DNA of 64,000 nt from the human T2T-CHM13v2.0 reference genome, Homo sapiens. A program made the position numbers and the translations under genes. Below the pieces are notes generated by a model. That model had not been told where the DNA came from. It saw nothing but the letters and a program-made list of their open reading frames with translations, and ran no database searches. Within the stretch, counting starts at the first letter, position 1. Each line of letters starts with the position of its first letter. Positions 1 to 64,000 of the stretch are shown piece by piece. Location: assembly GCF_009914755.1 (NCBI RefSeq), contig NC_060940.1, one strand, 5' to 3'.

Positions 1-464
1 TGTTGACAAGTCAAACTGAAAAGCAGCATAGACCCCAAAGACCTATGCCAGCAAAAACAGAAAAAGTATTCATATTGCTATTTAGAAAGCCCCATTTACT
101 CAAAGATAAAGATTCCATTCAAAAAACCCAACACATCACTGAGAGGAAGGACACAGCACCTTGGACAAAAGGCTCAATGGCCTTGAGCCACCCAAGTTCA
201 AGCCAGTGAGGTGGGTAGCGTTAACATCCAAATACCAGTACCAGCGTTGGTTTCACCCCCCATCTCTCCTGAGACAGCTTATACCCCATAAAAACACTAG
301 GTCAACTGACATAATCCTAGCACAATCAACCCAGGAGAGCAAATGAAGTTCCATGTGTCAATTTTTAAACCTTTTTAAAGTAACTGGATAAATCAAGTAT
401 GGCACCACTACTCAGTATTTCCAAAGGCAATTACAACATTTAACGCCACAGTAAAAAATTCTTA

Positions 465-599
<135 letters not shown>

Positions 600-919
600 T
601 TAAATAAAAGACATCAACTTGAGAGCTAAACCTCTGTGCTCTAGCCTACTCAATTCTTCACTCTCCCATCACCTCAGTGACTGCTTCTCCAAAAAGTTGG
701 GGGGAAGACAGTTGCTCTGTATCAGAAATAATTTTTACAACCTAACATATAAGAATTGGGAGACAATACCCAAAACAATCCACCTTGCAATTCTGAAAGA
801 AACTATTTTCCCCTTGACCCTTCCTTCACTGCTTCCCATTCCCAAAGACTACTTTGTGCCAAAGAAGTGCAATAATCCAATCTTTCCTCTCAAAGAGCTC
901 TGAGAAGATCTCAAGAGTC

Positions 920-1158
920 CTTTCTTTCTTTTTTTTTTTTTTGAGATGGAGTCTTGCACTGTCGCCCAGGCTGGAGTGCAGTGGCCGATCTCGGCTCACT
1001 GCAACCTCCACCTGCTGGGTTCAAACAATTCTCCCTGCCTCAGCCTCCAAAGAGCTGGGACTACAGGCGCCTGCCACCACGACCGGCTGATTTTTGTTTT
1101 TGTTTTTTGTTTTTTTAGTAGAGACGGGGTTTTGCCATGTTGGCCAGGCTGGTCTCGA
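920..1158 (-). mobile_element. Alu (5'-truncated), RPS15A intron 2
   Basis: poly-T followed by reverse Alu consensus gagatggagtcttgc...ctggtctcgaa. Confidence 0.9.
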
Positions 1159-1380
1159 AATGAGCTCAGGAGTCCTTTCAATGACTTAGATTCATTTAGC
1201 TCCCAAACACCTAGCAGAGCTCCTTTTTCCAGCAGTCCTACTCTAAGTGACTCTTCAGCAGTTTCAGACTATCCCCTCCTCCACAGCCCACAGGTCAATT
1301 GCATTCGTTCTCAGGTATGACAGACATACTTTGGTCCCCCATAATTAATTTCTACAGGACTGATTTCTTAGAGAGTCTCA

Positions 1381-1557
<177 letters not shown>

Positions 1558-2249
1558 TCAAGGAAGACAAAACAGGAGGTTTTACTGGCATTGCCAACAT
1601 CAACAGACACCAACCATTACACTGCGGAAGTATCCTTTCCTTTCTGGCCCCACCTTGGCGAAGTTTTCTCAAGTCTAAGCAGGCTGCTTCTCCATTTCCC
1701 ACCACCCAGGAAAATTCCTATTTACTACGGTTGTTGAAAACAGGTTATCGGGACGTCAGCCTGCACATTTTGAAACTCATTCATTCACTAACCACTCTTC
1801 TTCGAATCGTGCCACACACCAACGTCTGGAGATAATAAAATGTGGGACAAAATCCACTTGACACAAGACAACGTGAGAACTGGCAGAAACTGCCAGCTAC
1901 CGGAAGGAAAACATCGGGTATAGTCGATCAGTGATTCAGAACAGAAGCAGAGTATCATCGGCAACATTTTCCAAATTGCTGAAAATCAGCAGATTCCATA
2001 CTATTAACATTGTACTTTAAATCAGTTCACTCTCACCTACAATGAACACATCTAACTATTAAACATCCATCTTCGTGCCATTTAAAATTGCGTCCAACAG
2101 CAAGAGCCACAGTGGCAAACAGAAACATTTTACATGCTTGTCAGACTGGACTCTCTTCTAATGGGCAAGAACCGCACACTACACTGAAGTTTTGAAAGAC
2201 CAAAGTGCCAATAGTAAAGAGTAGAACTTAAATTCCTTAAGTTCAAAAG

Positions 2250-2980
2250 TGTCTAAAGAAAAACTCTGCGGCCCAGAAGATCCAAGTTGGCACCCAGCAA
2301 ACTGCCAACCCCGGCACGATGCAGCTTTTACCTGCTGGGTGGCCTCAGCCTCCCAAGCTCCCAGCGCGGCCGCAGCAGTGAGAAGCTGCACGGCCCACCA
2401 GCCCCGATGTTGCCCGCCGCCCGGGGCCAAGGCGCTGCCTCAGCACTAAAGGGAGATCCAGACGCTGCGGCCCGAACCGGAGCTACCGCCTAGCTGGGCA
2501 GTCGAAGGCTCCGGCTCCCGCCCGCGCTGCGGCCTGCACCCCACGGACCGGGATCCCCTGAGTGCACAGTCTGGGGCGCCCAGCCATGGCTCTCCTCTAT
2601 GCCTGTCCAGGAACCGGCAAGGCCAGGATCCTCGGCCAAGGTGGGGACCAGCCTCCTCGCAGGACACCGAGACCGAACCTTAGATTGCAGGATGGTGCCG
2701 ATGGCAGACGGATGAAATTGGAGCTCTCAGAGAGTGCTACTCACCGGCGCGGAAAGATGGCGGAAAGAGGACGGGAGGGGAGAGCGCACGGAGTTATGGG
2801 AAGCGGGAGAGCTATCGCGAGACTTTCAAAGGCCCGGCAAAAACAAGGACCGCCTAGGAGAAGGACGAGGGTGAGGGAAAGGCGGAGCCTCCTCAGGGGT
2901 TGGCAGTTGAGAGTCGATGGAATCGACCTCCCCCGGTGGGGCCTGGGAGAGGCAAGGTGAGCCGTTCGTTGGAGGTTCGT
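2250..2980. promoter_or_regulatory. RPS15A CpG-island promoter with YY1-like (AAGATGGCG 2754-2762) and TCTCGCGAGA-like (2813-2822) motifs
   Basis: High GC/CpG density around the TOP start; both motifs are common in ribosomal protein promoters. Confidence 0.8.
2679..2769 (-). other. RPS15A: RPS15A non-coding exon 1 with 5'TOP start; short form 2745-2769, longer form using a donor at 2678
   Basis: Minus strand CTCTTTCCGCCATCTTTCCGCGCCG|gtgagt, a TCT/TOP pyrimidine start typical of ribosomal protein genes; second donor CTAAG|gttcgg. Confidence 0.85.
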
Positions 2981-2985
2981 CTACA

Positions 2986-3599
<614 letters not shown>

Positions 3600-3869
3600 T
3601 AATTAAAAAGTTAAGTTCAGACAAAAGTCACCCAACAGTTGTTTACTGAGCACCCATGTACCAGACGCTAGCAAGGCCCTGGGGTACGAGGTGCCCACAC
3701 AGGCACCATTTAGCCAGTTCTGTCCCTGCCGGTTCTTCCAGCTTCGTCCTCTCTCACACGTCAATGCCCCTGCTCATTCGTTGCATTTCCTCTTCCCTCT
3801 AGCATGGTACCTGGATATTTGCTAAATAAAACTTAAACCTTTTATTTTTGTTCTTTTTTAAAATTTTTC

Positions 3870-3995
3870 CTAGACAGGGTCCTGCTCTGTTGCCCAGGCT
3901 AGAGTGCAGGGGTACACTCAGCTCAATGCAACCTCAAACTCATGGACTCCAGTGAACCTCCTGCCCAGGTCTCCCAAAGTGGTGGGATTACAGGT
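3870..3995 (-). mobile_element. Alu monomer (FLAM-like)
   Basis: agacagggtc...cccaaagtggtgggattacagg. Confidence 0.75.
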
Positions 3996-4099
3996 AGGGT
4001 ACCTTATAGACATCTAAGGACCACACAGGGTACTTCATTAATCAGATTCATAAATCCAATCATAAATATTATATTGGCTAAGTTATAAAGAAAGTGAGA

Positions 4100-5686
4100 C
4101 ATGAAGATTCCAGCTTTTTTTATTTTTTCCCCTTTTACACAAAACAAAGTAGAAGAAATAATACAGGATTAAAACTGCAAAAGTAGTTAATCAGTAGAAT
4201 ATGTATGCACACAAAAAATCCAGATAGGAAGACAGGCTTATTTACAATGAAAGTAAGGTAAAATTAACGTAGTTTTCTTATGAAATAATAAAAAAAAATC
4301 AAACATATGCTACAATGGGCACCACTGTTCACAGCAATATTAAAGAGGAGAAAACAACACTTATTTAATAGGGACAGATATACCACAAGGTACAACATCA
4401 GTGCAATAAATTCACAAAACTATATTACAGCTAGTTAATCAGTTTAAGAATTGTTCCCGTCAGTCACATTTTTTGGCCCTCAGAAGTTCATTCCTAAAGA
4501 TTGCAACTACTCTAAATTTCTAGCTACCAAGAAGTTAAGAATGATTATAAGAAGCTTTCCAAGGAGTTATGAAATCTTTGTAGACCAGAGGCCAACTATC
4601 ATCACCTCAAGTCTGCTCTCACCAACAGCCCTTGTATTTTTCAGGGAGAAATCTCTAGGAAAAAAGTCAGACACCAGTGTAGTCACTATCTCCCATGTCA
4701 AACCTAGGGGACTAAAATGGTCAGTATTACCATAAAATGATAATTTTGAGGTTTACCTTAAAAGGCTTATTCTGGTCTCAAAAATTAGATAAGATTATCT
4801 TCTACTGAAATGAATATTGACTAAACATAGAAGACTGCTGTCCTTTTGCCAGTCTTAGAGTGAAAGTCATAGACATGAGTCTTAACCTACTGTATACTAT
4901 AGCTAATGTCAGCTGAAAATCTGAAATTAAAAGCATGCTAGAAATCCTAAATGCAATCTTTTGGAAGTCTGCTATTAAAAAGCCTTTAAGGATTTACTAA
5001 CTTCGAGTCTAAGTGCAAGGGGACGAAAGCTTAAGCCTGTCAGACATTCCTTTTCTTGGACAAAAAGATCAAAGTTTCCTACAAATTGCTAAGCTTTGCA
5101 CAAGGGAGAAGCCTACATGTACTAGTGCATGGAATCAGTTTCATCTTATTTCATGGGGACTCTTCTCCCACTGGAAAGAAACAGAATGAGGAATGAATCT
5201 TAATTGGTCTCTTCATCAGAAGTGGTAAACTTGGTCTCTATATTCACGAAGTCAGACAGTTTTTTAAGCAGACTGTGGAAGCAGACAGAACCAGCTTCCT
5301 GTAGCCACAGACCACTACATGGTATCTAAGCTAAAGCAAAGATGAACAATTATCCAGATTCACTTGAACTGTACTAAAGGGCAAGGTTCACCACTACAAA
5401 AAGGAAGTTGTCTAAAAGCAAGAATTCAATTAACGCTGGGTAAGAAAAGTCAAAACACTAATGAGTTGTCCATGAAGCCAACTGCTAAGAACGCGCTCAA
5501 CTATACGCGACATGAAGACACTATGCACGAAGCCTTACTTGGCGAGTCTGAATTTCTATTAACTAAGGGCAGAGTGAGGGAGAACAAAGAGCTACTTCCG
5601 TAACATTTTAGTATCCAGATAGTACAGCAGAAACGGTTCCCGGGGCAATGGGTGCTGCATTAATCACACTGATTAAAGCAGATGAA
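4100..5686 (-). other. ARL6IP1: ARL6IP1 3'UTR; poly(A) signal AATAAA at 4124-4119
   Basis: Repeat-free AT-rich segment after the stop codon; tttatt on + at 4119-4124; Pumilio-type UGUAAAUA at 4246-4239; exact 3' end inferred. Confidence 0.75.
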
Positions 5687-13902
<8,216 letters not shown>

Positions 13903-14721
13903 CGTCTCGGGGATGCAGTCTCTACAAGCGCAGGCCACCTCCCCAACGAGTCCTCCAACCGAAACCCGCACACCAACCACAACCCGAGGGAACGCCCCGC
14001 AGGCTGCTTATATGGGTCGGCCGCCCTTCCCGACGGCCCCCGCGACGCTCGCTCCTCATTGGACAGACCGAGCTTACGCCTCAAGGAAGCCGGGCCAACC
14101 GAAGCTCAGCGCATGGCTTGAAATCGAGGTCAAAGGAGACAGAGGCAGCGCCGGGCCGAGGGGGAGGGGACACGGAGTGCCCAATCAGCGCCCAGGGACT
14201 GCGCGACGCCCCGCCCAGCGCTGTGGGAAGCGGTTCAACCGCCGCTGCAGGGGGCGCTGTCCCTCAGTGGTTCTCCGGCTCTTGCCGCTGCGGTGGCTTT
14301 GGGTCCCTCTTCGTCTGGCTTTCGCAGCCGAGGAGACTCTCTGGAAAATGGGCTACTCGAAGAGAGATGCTCCGTTGCCTCAGGCGGAGGGCGGGGACGC
14401 CGGGCCTGCGACACTTCATCTTTTCCTGGCCCAGAGGTGGCTGGGATCCGTTCCACCTTCGGCCCAGTTCCCCAGCCAGGCCCCTGAGCCGTTTAGCCCG
14501 GATTTGCGACCCGTGAGGTTTTGAGGACAAGTGAAAAGAGCTCTTTGTGTGGATTTTGCTGCAATGTTTCTCTCCTACCCAGTAGGAATGAGGCCTTAGC
14601 TTGCGCGGAAAAACCCAGGCCTGGTTTGAGAACGTGTGAAAATGCACCGCCTTCTAAGTGGCTTTATTATACGTGGATGTTTAAGTTACTTAAACTACAA
14701 GCTCCCTCTCCAAAAGGATTC

Positions 14722-15328
<607 letters not shown>

Positions 15329-16139
15329 AAAAGGATAGTTCTTGACACGACCTTTCTTCCATTAGAGGTCAAGCTAAGAAAATATGTAAACCCTCTCACA
15401 AGCAGTAGAATTCCTAGGCAGTTTAGGAACTGTGTTGAGGCACTTGTACATCTTTTCTATCCAGGATTTCAAATGCAGTAACAAGTGCTTTGATCTTTTT
15501 TTTTTTTTTTTTTTTTCTTTTTTTCTTGAGACACAGCCTGGCTCTGTTGCCCAGGCTGTAGTGCAGTAGCCACCGCGCCCGGCCGATTTTTCATCGTTTG
15601 ATACAAACAGAATCATGCCAAATGTCCGGATCAGATGTTTGTTTCAGGTGAATTAACTATAGTTTTAACTTCCAACCTTTTATCTTTTTTACAGGTTTTA
15701 ACTTCCAATCTCATGGTCATTTGTATTCGGCCATTGAATTTAAATTTATTTTTAAAATGTTCCTTAAGTAACCACCAGGTTCTTAAATGTTCAAGGAAGT
15801 CATAAATGTGAGAGAACATAGCTGCAGACCACATACTGCCCCTAAGAGAGCTGGGCAAGGGCAGGAGCATTGTGAATTTCATGGAAGGGTGTCAATTTGC
15901 TGTGGGTCTTTCGGGGAAAGGGGAGTGAAGTATCTGAATCAGGGAGAAGCACTTGAAAAAAAGTCTTTGCAAGGGAAGCTGACTGTTCAATAAAGTGCCA
16001 CTTTGGAGAATGTTGGGGTAAAGAAGTTGTAAAGGCAGGATACAGCCAGTTGACAGAGACGCTATTTGGAGAGATTTTAAAGCTATGGAGTCTGAGGAGC
16101 AGGTTCTTCTCCACGCCCCTAAAAAAAAAAAATACAAAT

Positions 16140-16266
16140 GGGGAGGCAGGGAAGATCCCTTGAGCCCAGGAAATAGAGGCTGCAGTGAGCTATGATTGCA
16201 CCTATGCACTTAAGCTTGGGTGACAGAGCAAAAAACCTGTCTCAAAAAAAAAAAAAAAAAAAAAGA
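16140..16266 (+). mobile_element. Alu right-arm fragment
   Basis: cttgagcccagg...gctgcagtgagctatgat...poly-A. Confidence 0.8.
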
Positions 16267-17077
16267 CAAAAAGATCGAAGCAATCAGCAGCCACATAATT
16301 AGTGAATATGTTGAGCACTGGGTATGTGATCTTGCTAGACCCACAGTAATAGCCACTTCCAAAAGAGAGGGTATTTTATTAGGGTTTAAAACTGACATTT
16401 CTACTTTTGGGAAATCAGCTTTTGCTGCAGAATATGCTTCTTGTTTTCACCCAAGTTTTCCATGCACAACTTAAGACTTGTTAACACCAGCTTGTGAAAT
16501 GAAGGTAGGTGAAAAAAACAGAAGCAACTGAAACAGCAGTTTCTCCACTTAGTATTTTTTGTTACTTAACAATGTATTCCCATACCTATTTCTAAATGCA
16601 CAGCCCTGCTATATGGTCTCTCACTAAATTTCCGATTGGTCTAATTATTAAAAAACACCCACCCTTAACATAGCTTTCTTTAGAGCTTTGTTTTTGTCCT
16701 ACAGAGACAGGATGTGATCTTTTGAAATGTGCCAGATGACTAAGCAGTTAACACAAATCTTACTAACTTCATTTAGCAGCAACAAATGCAATCTCCAAGA
16801 TATAAAGCCAAGCTGGACATTTTCTATTTTTTTTCAGAGGTTTCACACTCCAAGGAATGCACCTATCTGTCAATAATGATCTACGGGAATTTTGTTTTTA
16901 AATACTGCCAAAATTAAGCTTTATAAATTGGGCCTTAACACAAAGAATTTTATCGTTGAAGTAGAATTTCTACTGCTATTCAAAAATACAACAGATGTTT
17001 GAGAATAAAATAGTTACTTTTCTGAGAATTTAGGGGTCTTTTTTGAGGTATTAGTGCTATTCAGAAAAAAAAGACTA

Positions 17078-17195
17078 GGCTTGGCTCGGCTTAGTGGCTC
17101 AGGCTTGTAATCCCAGCACTTTGGGAGGCTGAAGTGGGAGTGTAACTTGAGCCCAGGAGTTCGAGATCAGCCTGGGCAACATAGGGAGACCCTGT
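17078..17195 (+). mobile_element. Alu monomer (FLAM-like)
   Basis: gtggctcaggcttgtaatcccagcactttgggagg...gagaccctgtc. Confidence 0.8.
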
Positions 17196-17287
17196 CGTTT
17201 TGTTTTTTCAAGCTACCCAGGTTCCAAAAGGTTTCAAGTTTTCCAAAATCTATTTTGACCAATAAATTCAGAACTTAAATGCTGTAT

Positions 17288-61547
<44,260 letters not shown>

Positions 61548-61849
61548 TTATTAGTTCCTAATTTGTCTAAACCAGACTGCATGGAAACATGGCCAAAAAA
61601 TTATTCCCCAACTATCCCTCTTCTGCACCACCTCCTGAAACAAAGATAACTCATCCTCAAATCCCTAGCAGCTAGCACAGTGCTTGAGATACAATGAACA
61701 GGTTTTGCTAAATTAAATGTATACAATGAAGTAAAGTCAAGTCATTCATTTCAAGAAATTTCTTTTTAGTTTCTGAATCTTTGGCAAAAAGCCTGGGCCA
61801 ACGGGTAGGGAAAGCAAGGAAGCAGGGAAGGCTAAACCATCCCCCCGCA

Positions 61850-63325
<1,476 letters not shown>

Positions 63326-64000
63326 TCACCGTGTTTGATGTCAGTTTTCCCTGCCAGAATCTACAATCTCCTTGATCACCATTATATCACAACGTAGAGC
63401 TCAGTACCTAGTACAAAGCACATTTGATCAATACTTGCTGAATAAAGAAATAAAAATGAAGAGGCACTCCAGCCTGGGCAACAGAGTGAGATGGTCTCAA
63501 AAAAAAAAAAAACAGGACTGGAAAGGAGATGAGGGTACTTGTGAAGCCATATTATATGACACGCTCTGTGCTAGGACTTTTATATACCTTGTCTCATCTC
63601 TTCATCTCATATAATCCTTACAAGTATCTCAAAAGTGGGGAAATCCCCATATAACTGAAGAGGAAAGCAGTTCAGAAGTTCACTGATTTGCCCTAAGGTT
63701 CCTCAATTTGCAAACATCAGGCCAATGATCCAACCCCAGGTATATTTGGCAGTGAAGGACCAGTTGAGTCACAGCTTCAAGTAACCACTCTGCAGTGGTC
63801 CCTATCTTGGCTGTTAGCTTACATTGACATTTAACACTCAAATTTACTCAGTAACACCAGCTATCATGTTTTCCACTAAAACTGCACAGCATTCTGGCAA
63901 CTTTTCTATTTTAGAGCAATAAAGTAAATTGTTAGCATCCCTTTGACATATAAATATTTATACAAATAGTAATTCTCTAGCCATTCATTTGGAGTATTTA

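Noticed and set aside
1630-1638. GTATCCTTT U12-type 5' splice-site consensus on the plus strand
   Set aside because: Antisense to RPS15A with no associated exon; likely chance

Overview
Human (or very close primate) genomic DNA, recognised as the RPS15A-ARL6IP1-SMG1 locus (16p12.3 from recall). Three tightly packed genes lie head-to-tail on the minus strand. (i) The 5' part of RPS15A: CpG-island/TOP promoter at ~2.75 kb and coding exons 1416-1548 and 498-577; the gene continues off the left edge. (ii) The complete 6-exon ARL6IP1 (612-nt CDS, 203 aa, C-terminal KKNE). (iii) The last 34 coding exons of the NMD kinase SMG1 (FAT end, FRB-like region, PI3K-like kinase, C-terminal insertion, FATC; ~2250 codons) plus a ~4.7-kb 3'UTR. 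I traced all exon boundaries by hand and the phases join without a frameshift. Introns are dense in Alu, with L1, MIR/L2 and Tigger-type fragments; repeat coordinates are approximate. No bacterial-type systems, CRISPR arrays or tRNA/rRNA genes are seen, and I found no clearly new gene system. Most notable leads: both penultimate-exon to second-exon read-through junctions (SMG1->ARL6IP1, ARL6IP1->RPS15A) are in frame; an 84-nt stop-free in-frame intron sits in the SMG1 activation-loop region; two GC-AG introns; a palindromic 39-bp AT-rich minisatellite with compensatory variation; and an L1 splitting an Alu with a possible 3' transduction.
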